Positions 9,295-18,918 of a DNA stretch of 64,000 nucleotides are shown one piece after another. The DNA is from Candidatus Latescibacterota bacterium. Its GTDB lineage: Bacteria; Latescibacterota; UBA2968; UBA8231. The notes below the pieces were generated by a model. The model had not been told where the DNA came from. It worked only from the letters and a program-made list of their open reading frames with translations, and did not search any database. How positions within the stretch are numbered: position 1 is the stretch's first letter; each line of letters begins with the position of its first letter. The DNA lies in the NCBI GenBank assembly GCA_963422735.1, contig OY730476.1, forward strand, positions 4,160,001 to 4,224,000. Reading direction: 5' to 3'. The position numbers were made by a program, and so were the translations under genes.

Positions 9295-10075
9295 GGGCGT
9301 AGAGCGCGGCCAGCCCGGCGATGATCGCCAAGGCCGCGTAGTGGAACTTCTCGCGAGTGTCCAATTCTCGCTGAATTCTGGGCAGGTTGGGTTGGAATTT
9401 CCCGGACATATTGCGCTGGATGTAGGTCTTGTAATACTCGACGGTGAATCGCTCTAGCCCGCCATTTATGTAAATGAGAAAACCCAGCCCGACCGGGTGT
9501 TCGGGGTTGCCGAGCAAGTAAAACAGCGGACTCAAGACGGCCAAGACGACCCCAGAGCGCTGAAATTTGAGCCACTTGAATCCTTCGAAGGGCGCGTCCT
9601 TGTAAGCGCCCCCCAAGGCCACGAGCAGCCCAGTGCAATACCCGGTCACTAGATAGCCCCAAAAGCTCTTGACGGGCGCGGCGACGAGTAGGAAGGCGAA
9701 GACAATGGCAACAATTAGGATCCCCGTGCCATAGCGGAGGAGGTCGCTGGTGACCGGGCGGCCAAAGAAGGTAATGCGCGAGGGCACGAAGTACTTTTGC
9801 TGGTCTTCGGTGCGGAAGAAGCCCTTGTAGATTTCGGCGAGGAAACGCTCTAGACCCATGATCAGGAAAAACATTTGCACGAGGCCGAGCTGCTGGAATT
9901 GTGCGCTGAAATACGGGATGAAATACAGCGGCAAAAAGATTGCGATGTGGAAGTAGATGCTGCGCGGAAAAGTCTTGGGCTTGAAGCCTTCATAAGGAGC
10001 GTCTTTGAACGCGCCCCACAGGCAAGTGTAGAGGCCGGAGACGAGGGTGGTGATAAATGGCAAGGCGAAGGTCAT
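9275..10075 (-). CDS. Uncharacterised polytopic membrane protein with an internal duplication
   Basis: WGAFKDAPYEGF...GLERF repeated as GGAYKDAPFEGF...GLERF; overlaps the GMC start. Alternative start at 10117. Confidence 0.8.
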   Translation of the reverse strand: MTFALPFITTLVSGLYTCLWGAFKDAPYEGFKPKTFPRSIYFHIAIFLPLYFIPYFSAQFQQLGLVQMFFLIMGLERFLAEIYKGFFRTEDQQKYFVPSRITFFGRPVTSDLLRYGTGILIVAIVFAFLLVAAPVKSFWGYLVTGYCTGLLVALGGAYKDAPFEGFKWLKFQRSGVVLAVLSPLFYLLGNPEHPVGLGFLIYINGGLERFTVEYYKTYIQRNMSGKFQPNLPRIQRELDTREKFHYAALAIIAGLAALYAHERGAL

Positions 10076-10239
10076 GGTTCGTTGGGCGGTTGTTGGAGTG
10101 GCCAAAGCATCTGCCAATAGTAGGCGTCACTCCCCGGTTGGGCAAACGCCCCGCGTGTTGACGTCATTTATACCATTGGTCAGTTTTTGAGGCGATTCGG
10201 TCCCTATCTACTGCACAATTTCAACAAGGAGCTTTTTAC

Positions 10240-11103
10240 ATGCGGCTCGGCGTCGTCGGCATGTTGCCCCCGGACTTTCGCGATATCAGCGACCAACACC
10301 TAGCGGCGATCAAGGCGCTCAATCTCACGGGCGCGGCCTTTCACGCTCCTGGGGAAAAGCTGTTTGCCATCACAGCCGCAGAGTGCCACAAGGTGCGCGA
10401 TACCATTGCGGCCGCGGGCATGGAACTGCCCCAGTTCGGCATTAGCTTTTCCGAGTGCCTGTTTGATCCCAACCCTACGGTGCGCGACCAAGTAGTAAGC
10501 AAAGTCGAGCGCGGCATCGAAGTCGCCCGCGACTTGGCTGCCCATACCTGCCTAATCCGCACGGGCAGTCTCAACCCATCCGGTTCGTACTCGCCATCGC
10601 CGCTCAATCTCACGCCCGAGGCGTGCGCCCTGCTCGTCGAAACCCTCAAGCGCGTGGCCGCCAAAGCCGGAGCCGAAGCCGTTACCATAGTCATTGAGAC
10701 GCATCTGCTCACCATCATGGGATCGCCAGAAGTAAACCGCGATGTGCTGCAAGCGGTTGGCTCTGAGCGCATGATGGTGGTCATGGATTACGTCAACCAT
10801 TTTCAGAATTTGCACCAAGTGTACAACAGCACCGAGCGTCTGCAGCACATATTTGAGATTATGAACCCCATCTCCGTCGTCGGGCACTGCAAGGATATTA
10901 AGCTGTCCAATGGCTTGGTGCTTCACATCGACGAGGAGGTGCCCGGCGATGGCGAACTCGATCTTGCCACCGCGCTCAAGCTGTGGCACGACGCCCATCC
11001 CGATGGCTATATGCTCCTAGAGCATCTGCCCAACGAGAAATACCCCAGAGCCGCCGCCAATGTCCACCGCATCCTTGCCGAAGCCGGCATTCCCGTGCAT
11101 TAA
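10240..11103 (+). CDS. Sugar phosphate isomerase/epimerase (xylose isomerase-like TIM barrel)
   Basis: IETH, DYVN, HCKD, PGDGELD and LEH metal-site pattern; AAGGAG ribosome-binding site. Confidence 0.85.
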   Translation: MRLGVVGMLPPDFRDISDQHLAAIKALNLTGAAFHAPGEKLFAITAAECHKVRDTIAAAGMELPQFGISFSECLFDPNPTVRDQVVSKVERGIEVARDLAAHTCLIRTGSLNPSGSYSPSPLNLTPEACALLVETLKRVAAKAGAEAVTIVIETHLLTIMGSPEVNRDVLQAVGSERMMVVMDYVNHFQNLHQVYNSTERLQHIFEIMNPISVVGHCKDIKLSNGLVLHIDEEVPGDGELDLATALKLWHDAHPDGYMLLEHLPNEKYPRAAANVHRILAEAGIPVH

Positions 11104-11131
11104 AAACGTCCATCTAACTAAGGAGAATACT

Positions 11132-12322
11132 GTGATTAAACCCCACGGCGCAGAAGAACTCAAACCGCTCTACGTTGAAGACGATGCTGTGCGTACTCAG
11201 CTTCTAGAAGAAGCCGCTAGCCTACCCTCTGTAGTCGTCTCTTCGGCCGCCGCATCCTCAGCCGTCATGCTCGGCTCAGGTTACTTTACCCCGCTTACAG
11301 GCTTTATGGACGCCGCCGCCGCCAAAAGCGTGGCTGCCAACATGCACGCGGCCGACGGCCTGCTGTGGCCCACCCCGGTTGTCAACATGGTCCCCGGCGA
11401 TCAGGATCTGGCGGGCGTGGCGCCCGGCCGCCGCATCGCCCTGTTGGATCCCAATGTGGACGGCAATCCCGTCCTTGCCATCCAAGAGGTCACCGCGGTC
11501 GAATCGCTTGCTGATGCGGAGCGAGCCGCCATCATTGCCCAAGTTTTTGGCACGGACGACGACGCCCATCCCGGAGTTACCGCGTTCAAGGCCGCGGGCG
11601 ATACCCTCATCGCGGGGCCTATCGAGGTGCTCAACTTCTCGTATTTCCCCGGCGACTTTCCCCAGACCTTCCGCACCGCGGTTGAACTCCGCGCCGAGAT
11701 CGCCGAGCGCGGTTGGAACCGGGTCGTGGCCTTCCAAACCCGCAATCCCATGCACCGCGCCCACGAAGAGTTGTGCCGCATGGCGCAGCAGGCCGTCGAG
11801 GCCGATGGCATCCTCGTCCACATGCTACTGGGCAAGCTCAAAGCCGGCGACATCCCAGCCGACGTGCGCGACGCCTCCATCCGCAAGATGGTCGAACTCT
11901 ACTTCCCGGAAAATACCGCGATGATCGCCGGCTATGGCTTCGACATGCTCTACGCCGGCCCGCGCGAGGCCGTACTCCACGCCATCTTCCGCCAGAACAG
12001 CGGCTGTACGCATCTGATCGTGGGCCGCGACCATGCGGGTGTTGGCGATTACTACGGAGCGTTTGACGCGCAGACCATTTTCGACGGCATCAGCGATGCC
12101 CTCGAAATCGAAATTTTCCGCGGCGATCACACCGTCTGGTGCAAGGAGTGCAACGAGGTGATGATGATGCGCGACTGCCCGCACGACGGCGACGCGTACC
12201 TGTTTCTGTCGGGGACCCAAGTCCGCGAGAAGCTAGCCGCTGGCGAGCCGTTGCCGCCGGAGTTTGCGCGCCCGGAAGTGGCCGAAATTCTCGCGGAGTA
12301 CTATCAGCGGGAAGCTGTTTAA
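11132..12322 (+). CDS. sat: Sulfate adenylyltransferase
   Basis: VAFQTRNPMHRAHE, MLYAGPREAVLHA, VGRDHAGVGDYY and LSGTQVRE; GTG start after AAGGAG. Confidence 0.95.
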   Translation: MIKPHGAEELKPLYVEDDAVRTQLLEEAASLPSVVVSSAAASSAVMLGSGYFTPLTGFMDAAAAKSVAANMHAADGLLWPTPVVNMVPGDQDLAGVAPGRRIALLDPNVDGNPVLAIQEVTAVESLADAERAAIIAQVFGTDDDAHPGVTAFKAAGDTLIAGPIEVLNFSYFPGDFPQTFRTAVELRAEIAERGWNRVVAFQTRNPMHRAHEELCRMAQQAVEADGILVHMLLGKLKAGDIPADVRDASIRKMVELYFPENTAMIAGYGFDMLYAGPREAVLHAIFRQNSGCTHLIVGRDHAGVGDYYGAFDAQTIFDGISDALEIEIFRGDHTVWCKECNEVMMMRDCPHDGDAYLFLSGTQVREKLAAGEPLPPEFARPEVAEILAEYYQREAV

Positions 12323-12337
12323 CCAGAGGAGAACGCG

Positions 12338-12697
12338 ATGTCTGCACATACCGTATTTCGCGCGGCGATTCCCAAACAGGCGGCACTAAACATTGCCAGC
12401 GCAGTCTCCTTCTACGCACAGCGACTCGGGTTCACCGAGCTGTTCCAATCAGAAGATTACGCCGGCGTACGGCGCGACAAGGTCGAGATACACCTATGGC
12501 TATGCGATGACAAAAACATCCCCGAAAAAACCGCCTGCCGGGTCCAGGTGGAAAATATCGATCCGCTCTACGCAGAATATCAGGACGAAGGTGTGATTCA
12601 CCCGCACAGTTCGCTGCAAGAGACGCCTTGGGGAATGAAGGAATTCACCATTCTCGACTTGGACGGAAATGGGATTACATTTTTTGAGTTTTTGTGA
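12338..12697 (+). CDS. VOC/glyoxalase/bleomycin resistance family protein
   Basis: FYAQRLGF...TPWGMKEFTILDLDGN. Confidence 0.9.
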   Translation: MSAHTVFRAAIPKQAALNIASAVSFYAQRLGFTELFQSEDYAGVRRDKVEIHLWLCDDKNIPEKTACRVQVENIDPLYAEYQDEGVIHPHSSLQETPWGMKEFTILDLDGNGITFFEFL

Positions 12698-12724
12698 TCG
12701 GCGAAATTCCGGACTGAGAAAAAG

Positions 12725-13543
12725 ATGGCAAACGTTAAAAAACTACATTACCCCGATGATTTCATAGATCAGTTTATCTGTGGTAATGCCACGGATATTA
12801 TGCAGCAGATACCTAGCGGTAGTGTCGACTTAGTTGTGACCTCGCCGCCCTATAATCTCAAGAATTCAACGGGCAATGGGATGAAAGACGGCAGGGGTGG
12901 CAAGTGGTCTGGTGCCGCATTAGTCGACGGCTATTCTCATTACGGCGACAACGTGCCACACGAAGAATACGTGCGATGGCAAAGAGAGTGTTTGCGGGAA
13001 ATGTTGCGCGTTATTCCCGAAAATGGCGCAATTTTTTATAACCACAAGTGGCGAGTACAAGCTGGCCTATTGCAAGACAGGAACGACATTGTTTCTGGTT
13101 TTCCCGTTAGGCAAATCATTATATGGAAGCGAAAAGGCGGCATAAACTTTAACCCAGGTTATTTTTTGCCGACGTATGAGGTGATATACATGATTGCCAA
13201 GTCGGAATTCAAATTGGTGGAAAAAGCAAATGCCCACGGCGATATATGGGAATTTGGCCAAGAGAGTAAAAATAGACACCCAGCCCCTTTCCCTGTCGCT
13301 TTGATAGAGCGCATCATTTCGTCTATAAGTGCTAAGATCGTCCTCGATCCTTTCATGGGGTCAGGTACTACGGCTCTCGCAACAAAGAACCTCGATAGAA
13401 ACTTTATCGGTATAGACCTTTCCCCCGAATACTGCGATATGGCCTTAAAAAGGCTTAATGACCCTCTATCTGCAGCAAGAGATGACAAAGACGATAAAAA
13501 GATACAGCAAACCCCATTGTTTGACGACTGGAGCGTAAAATGA
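12725..13543 (+). CDS. Site-specific DNA methyltransferase (beta class, probably N4-cytosine)
   Basis: VTSPPY catalytic motif precedes HPAPFP and VLDPFMGSGTT. Confidence 0.92.
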   Translation: MANVKKLHYPDDFIDQFICGNATDIMQQIPSGSVDLVVTSPPYNLKNSTGNGMKDGRGGKWSGAALVDGYSHYGDNVPHEEYVRWQRECLREMLRVIPENGAIFYNHKWRVQAGLLQDRNDIVSGFPVRQIIIWKRKGGINFNPGYFLPTYEVIYMIAKSEFKLVEKANAHGDIWEFGQESKNRHPAPFPVALIERIISSISAKIVLDPFMGSGTTALATKNLDRNFIGIDLSPEYCDMALKRLNDPLSAARDDKDDKKIQQTPLFDDWSVK

Positions 13544-14314
13544 AAACATATACAAAAGAGGGTTTAGTCCTAGCATTGCAGAAAATTCGTGATATAGGAT
13601 GGATTCCGACTGGTAGAAAGGATAACGATGGTGGCGTCGGCAATACGCTTGAAGATTTATTGGGAATAGAAGAAAACAATTTACCTATACCCAATGCAGC
13701 GGAGTGGGAACTAAAGACGCAGAAGAAAGACACAAGCTCATTGGTCACATTATTTCACATGGAACCATCCCCACGTGTGTACAAGTTTGTTCCGTTAATT
13801 ATTACTGCCTGTATTTGGCTGGCGACATAAAGAAGCTGGAACTAGATATCCACAGGATGAAAAAAGTTTTAGACAGACTATAAATGCCAAAACCTATAGT
13901 AATAGGGGATTTGCTATAAAAGTAGATAGAAATAACAAGAAAGTTTTGATTGATTTTAGCCATGAACTCATCGATCTTCAAGCCCATACAGAATGGGCTA
14001 ATAATTTAAGATGTGAGGAGCTAAAGCCTCAACCATACTGGGGATTCGACGACCTATTTCATAAGGCGGGAACTAAGCTGCATAATTGCTTTTTTATGTT
14101 AGCAGAATCTAAAAAAATTGATGGAATACTACATTTTTACTATCAAGAAATTTTCGTACTAAAAACACTTGATATTGAAAAATTTATTAATGCGATTGAA
14201 AACGGAGATGTTTATATAGACTTTGACGCAAGAACGGGACATAATCACGGAACCAAGTTTAGACTGAAGAGAGAAGCTTTGATAGATTTATACGCGGAAG
14301 TCGAACAGTACTGA
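13540..14314 (+). pseudogene. MvaI/BcnI family restriction endonuclease, frameshifted near 13800
   Basis: GGVGNTLEDLLGIEENN..WELK in one frame; LLPVFGWRHKEAG..SFRQTI..DFDARTGHNHGTKFR in the next; AT-rich. Confidence 0.85.
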
Positions 14315-14377
14315 TATACAGCAATTGTTTATCTAGCTCGGCCAACCCAGGCCAAACGCAACGACGGGGAGAGAGCA

Positions 14378-15394
14378 ATGGAATATCGCAGAATGGGCCG
14401 CACCGGCCTCAAAGTATCGGAAGTTTGCCTTGGCACCATGACCTTTGGCCACAGCACCGACGAGCAGGAGGCCAAGCGGATCGTCGATCTGGCGTTTGAC
14501 GCGGGTATCAATTTCTTCGACACGGCCGATTCTTATGGCGGCGGTGAGTCCGAGGTCTTCACTGGCAAGGCACTCAAGGGCCGCCGTCGCGATGCGGTTA
14601 TTGCCACCAAGTTCTTCAACCCCATGGGGCCTGGTCCCAATGATTCGGGGATGTCGCGGGTGCGCGTTATGAACGCCATCGAAGACAGCCTCCAGCGACT
14701 GCAGACAGACTACATCGATCTCTATTATATTCACCACGTAGATACCCAAACCCCTTTGGAGGAGATGTTGCGTGCCCTCGACGATTTGGTCCACCAAGGC
14801 AAGGTGCGCTATATCGCCTGTTCCAACTACCAAGCATGGCGCTTGATGGAAGCGTTGTGGATATCGGACGCGAATGGCTTGGCCCGCTTTGAGTGCTACC
14901 AACCGCAGTACAGCTTGGTCGTGCGCGACATCGAGCAGGAGCTGATTCCCGTCTGTCAGCTCAAGGGCCTCGGCGTGGTGGTGTGGAGTCCGCTCGGCGG
15001 CGGCTTTCTCTCTGGCAAGTACCGGCCCGGCGCACGCACCTTAGAAGGTACGCGTTCTGCCGATGCTTGGGCCTATCCGCAAAGCTATTTTGCCGCCAAT
15101 GCCGACGATACCTTGCAGACTCTCCTAGCGATAGCCGATGAGATAAGTCGCTCGCCCGCCCAAGTCGCGTTGCGTTGGGTTTTGGAACAATCGGCCATCA
15201 CCTCGGTCATCATCGGTGCGCGCACCGCCGAGCAGGCGCGCGAAAACATGCTTGCGGGCAGCTTTTGTCTCCCGGACGGGGCCCGAGCCCGGCTCGACGA
15301 AGTCTCTTATCTCCCGCATCGCTACCCGGAGGCCATGGAAGCGAACATGCACGAGCGCCGCGACGATGCGGTCGATATGCCTGCGCTGGAGTAA
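14378..15394 (+). CDS. Aldo/keto reductase
   Basis: GLKVSEVCLGTMTFG, FFDTADSY, DYIDLYYIH and WSPLGGG. Confidence 0.93.
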   Translation: MEYRRMGRTGLKVSEVCLGTMTFGHSTDEQEAKRIVDLAFDAGINFFDTADSYGGGESEVFTGKALKGRRRDAVIATKFFNPMGPGPNDSGMSRVRVMNAIEDSLQRLQTDYIDLYYIHHVDTQTPLEEMLRALDDLVHQGKVRYIACSNYQAWRLMEALWISDANGLARFECYQPQYSLVVRDIEQELIPVCQLKGLGVVVWSPLGGGFLSGKYRPGARTLEGTRSADAWAYPQSYFAANADDTLQTLLAIADEISRSPAQVALRWVLEQSAITSVIIGARTAEQARENMLAGSFCLPDGARARLDEVSYLPHRYPEAMEANMHERRDDAVDMPALE

Positions 15395-15427
15395 GAGGCA
15401 GTCGTACCGTAATTTCTGTATGTCTGT

Positions 15428-15636
15428 ATGACCGACAACGAATTTATTCGCAAGGCAAGAAGACTTGGCCGAAAAAACGGGGTGAAGTCGCATTCGCCGC
15501 CCAGCGTGGCAAAGGCAGCCATGGTACACTCTACGGCACCCGCTTTACTATCGTCTGCAATCCCAAGGATGAGCTTAAAACAGGCGCGTTACACGCTATG
15601 CTAGACCAACTTGGCCTTACTCCCGACGCTCTATAG
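15428..15636 (+). pseudogene. hicA: HicA toxin, frameshifted
   Basis: MTDNEFIRKARRLGRKNG, then shifted RGKGSHGTLY...ELKTGALHAMLDQLGL. Confidence 0.75.
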
Positions 15637-15637
15637 G

Positions 15638-16030
15638 ATGCCTTGTGCAAACTTCATCTACTCGGCGGCTTTGACTCCTGACGAAGAGGACGGCGGTGCT
15701 GTCGGCACTTTTCGCGATTCGCAAGGGGAGGCCGTTGAAGATGCGCTTAGAGAAGCCGCTGACGGTTTGGAAGAAGCGATTGCCAACCGGATCGTCATGG
15801 GGCTGCCCATTCCTCAACCCACTGCCATCTCCCTGTCCGCGCAAATGGCCGCCAAAGCCGCGCACCATAGCGGCCTTACCCACATCGAACTAGCCAAACG
15901 CCTACAGTGCGACGCGAGGGAAATCCGCCACCTACTAGACCTGCGTCACGCCTCCGAACTGCCGCGCATTGAAGCCGCCTTGGCGGCGATGAGCCAGCAG
16001 CTAGTCGTAGCCCCCCATAGTGCCGCTTAG
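15638..16030 (+). pseudogene. hicB: HicB antitoxin with C-terminal HTH, apparently eroded
   Basis: YSAALTPDEEDGG..TFRD.QGEAVEDALREAADGLEEAI; appears to lack the usual internal segments; directly follows hicA. Confidence 0.65.
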
Positions 16031-17375
16031 CAACGGCCAATGTCCCCTCCAGGCCGCCAAGACCTGCGATCTTCACGTCCACCTCTACGGCGGCCTCTTC
16101 GCCGCCGACCTCTTAGATCTGGGCCGCGATTACTACGAGAAAATTGATTGGTCGCTCTTTGTCGATAGTTTTGAACGAGCCTATGGCAAGCGGCCCGACC
16201 CAGTCGCGCTCTTCCGCGAGGCCCTCCACAGGCAGTGCCTCGATCCCATCAAGGCGCACTACATATACGGCGCCGAAGACGGTGGCGACTTCGCTCGCTT
16301 CCAAGCCAAATTCAACATGGCCATCTGCATCTATCGCCATTGGTGGAAGGGATTAGACAAGGCGGAGGAAATCTGGCGGCGCGTCTTGGCCCACCACCGC
16401 CGCGAGGGCCTGCGCTACGTCGAATATCGGGTGATGGCCCCCTACGATCACGCGCAGCCCGAAGCCTTCGTGCAGTTTCACCAGTTCATTGCCCGCTTTC
16501 TCCGCCAAGCCTCTACTTCGGTTTTTGAGGTGCGCTACCTCATCAGCCTGCCGCGCTGGGCACCACTCGAATGCTACCAGCTGGTCCAACGCCTGCTCGA
16601 CGAAAACGAGGATTTGATCCCCACGGTCGTCGGCCTCGACTTTTGCCACTTTGAGGAGGGCTGCCCGCCTGCGCGCACTCGCGCTTTCTTCCGCCGCCTG
16701 CGCCGCGACAATGAGCTGCGCCCGGAGCGCGCCCTCGATGTGGCCTATCACGTCGGCGAGGTGTACTTCGACAAATCGCTCGAAAGCGCGGTGCGCTGGT
16801 GCCACGAAGCCGCGGAGCTGGGTGCGCTTCGCTTAGGGCACTGCACTGCGCTCGGGCTCGACCCGGAGGTTGCCGTGGCTCGTCGGCCCCAAGCACACGA
16901 GAGAGAGCCGATAAGCGAGCGCTTGGCCCAGATCGCCTATGATTTACAACACAAGGCTGCATTGCAGGACTTCGGCGTCCCGGTTGATGACCAAGCGCTG
17001 ATGCAGGAGCGCAGCAGCCTCTTGGTCCGGCCCGGCGATGCGTTCGTTTGCCGCGCATACGATTCCCCGCGCTTCGAAGCAGTGCGCGGACGGCAGGACT
17101 TTGCGCTCAGCCGCTTGGTCGCGCTCGGCACAGTCGTCGAGACGTGCCCGACCTCCAACTTGCGCATAGGTGCCGTGCCCGATGCTAAAGATCATCCGGT
17201 GCATCGCTTCCTAGCCTCGGATGTCCGCGTAGCCATTGGTGCCGACGACCCTGGGCTTTTCGACTGCACGCTCGCCGACGAGGTCGACTGGGTCCAACGC
17301 CATACTGGCATGGCTCCCGACGCGCTGCAAGCCCGCCTTGGCGACCCGCGCAACTACCGATTTGGCCCGCGTTAG
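16020..17375 (+). CDS. Adenosine deaminase-like metal-dependent hydrolase
   Basis: DLHVH, YHVGE, RLGH, ETCPTSN and GADDPGLF motifs. Confidence 0.82.
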   Translation: MPLSNGQCPLQAAKTCDLHVHLYGGLFAADLLDLGRDYYEKIDWSLFVDSFERAYGKRPDPVALFREALHRQCLDPIKAHYIYGAEDGGDFARFQAKFNMAICIYRHWWKGLDKAEEIWRRVLAHHRREGLRYVEYRVMAPYDHAQPEAFVQFHQFIARFLRQASTSVFEVRYLISLPRWAPLECYQLVQRLLDENEDLIPTVVGLDFCHFEEGCPPARTRAFFRRLRRDNELRPERALDVAYHVGEVYFDKSLESAVRWCHEAAELGALRLGHCTALGLDPEVAVARRPQAHEREPISERLAQIAYDLQHKAALQDFGVPVDDQALMQERSSLLVRPGDAFVCRAYDSPRFEAVRGRQDFALSRLVALGTVVETCPTSNLRIGAVPDAKDHPVHRFLASDVRVAIGADDPGLFDCTLADEVDWVQRHTGMAPDALQARLGDPRNYRFGPR

Positions 17376-17381
17376 AGACAG

Positions 17382-18866
17382 ATGATTACTCCCCAAAAGA
17401 TGTTTAAGGGGTTTTTCTACACCTTGGGCACGGGCTATGCCGCGAGGCTGTGCAGCGTGGGATTGACGGTCTTGATCAAAAGGCAACTCGAACCCAGCGT
17501 TTTTGCCGATGTATTTTGGGGCGTGACGGTCTTTACTATGTTGTCCAGCCTGCGCGAATTCGGCCTGATGCACGCGCTGTTGCACTTCCAAGACCGAGTC
17601 GAGGAATTCGTCGGTACGCACTTTGCGTTGAACGCGTGCCTTACTTTGCTGTCGTGTATGTTCAGCAGCGGGGTCGTCTTGGCCTTGACGTTGCTCTTTC
17701 CAGAGGACTTTTCCTGGACCTTCGCCCAAGTCGCGTGGGTGCTGGCAGCGCTGCACTTTGTGCGCCAACTGACCCTGACTTCAGAGGCTCTGCTCAGAAT
17801 GGATTTTGAGTTTGGGCGGCTTTCCCTCTTGCACGGGCTGGGGACCCTGTTGGCCCTGAGCAGCGCGCTGCTGGCGGCCCGCGCTGGGTGGGAAGAGTGG
17901 AGCCTGATATTGGGAGGGTGGACTACGTACTCGGTGCTCAGCGTAGTGTACGTGCTGTTTTTTTCTACTGCGACTTGGTATAGTCGTCCCCTGCGCCGCG
18001 CCTCTTTGCGTTTCGATTGGGTTTGGGCGCGTCGCTTATTGGGCTATGGCGTGTGGATCTGGGTTGGTTGGGTATTGCAGATTTTTATCTGGTGGTACGA
18101 CAAACTGGTCGTGCGCTTGATCGCCGGCGATACGGCGCTCGCGCTCTACGAGACGGCGTGGTGGCTGGTGCAGATTCCCACCGCGGTCATCGCGCATATC
18201 ATTCTCAACTACAGTAGTGCCCTGTACTCGCGGTATCGGCACGAGCGAGAGCGACTGGGCGAATTGTTCTCCAAGATGATCAGTATAGTGCTGAGGGTGT
18301 CGGCCCCGGTGTCCCTGATTTTGGTCTTCAATGCCCGCGAAATAACCACCCTTTTAGGCGACCAGTGGGCTGCGTCGGCTCGCATCGTGGTTGGGCTGGC
18401 GGCGTATGCGCTTTTGCGCCCGCTGCTCAGCGATGGATTTAGCCTGCTGTGGGCCGTAGGGGCGACGCGCCGGTCCGCGTACATAGTGGGAGTGCAGGGG
18501 GTGATGGCCCTTTTTGCCGTCCCCGCGCTGGGCGTCTTGTGGGGCACGAAGGGCGTGGCGTACAGCATGGGCGCAGTGGCTGGCGCAGGTTTTCTCGGCC
18601 TGTGCGTTGGTTTGCGCGCCTATGTGCGCGTCAATTGGTTCAAGGTATTGGCAGCACCGACCGTGGGATTGCTAACAGCCGCTGTCTGTGGATGGTCGTA
18701 CGCCCGTTGGGCTTTGGATTATGCTGTGGGCGATTTTGCCTTGCGGAGTGGAATTATGGCGTTGGCTTATGCGGCCGTTCTCGGGCTGCTAGAGCACCGC
18801 ACCATCGCCGAAGAGCTTGGGCACTTGCGACGCATTATGCGCGGGAATGCGGCACGAGAGCATTGA
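17382..18866 (+). CDS. Oligosaccharide flippase (MOP/Wzx-like)
   Basis: Many hydrophobic helices; LREFGLMHALL, EALLRMDFEF and WYDKLVV patterns. Confidence 0.8.
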   Translation: MITPQKMFKGFFYTLGTGYAARLCSVGLTVLIKRQLEPSVFADVFWGVTVFTMLSSLREFGLMHALLHFQDRVEEFVGTHFALNACLTLLSCMFSSGVVLALTLLFPEDFSWTFAQVAWVLAALHFVRQLTLTSEALLRMDFEFGRLSLLHGLGTLLALSSALLAARAGWEEWSLILGGWTTYSVLSVVYVLFFSTATWYSRPLRRASLRFDWVWARRLLGYGVWIWVGWVLQIFIWWYDKLVVRLIAGDTALALYETAWWLVQIPTAVIAHIILNYSSALYSRYRHERERLGELFSKMISIVLRVSAPVSLILVFNAREITTLLGDQWAASARIVVGLAAYALLRPLLSDGFSLLWAVGATRRSAYIVGVQGVMALFAVPALGVLWGTKGVAYSMGAVAGAGFLGLCVGLRAYVRVNWFKVLAAPTVGLLTAAVCGWSYARWALDYAVGDFALRSGIMALAYAAVLGLLEHRTIAEELGHLRRIMRGNAAREH

Positions 18867-18918
18867 AAGCCAAACGAAAGACACCACAGGGGTTGTCCCG
18901 ATGTGGGGTTTTGGCCGT

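Noticed and set aside
12725-16030. Prophage or integrative element carrying the R-M and hicAB modules
   Set aside because: There is no integrase, att pair or phage gene, and a host-like aldo/keto reductase separates the two modules.
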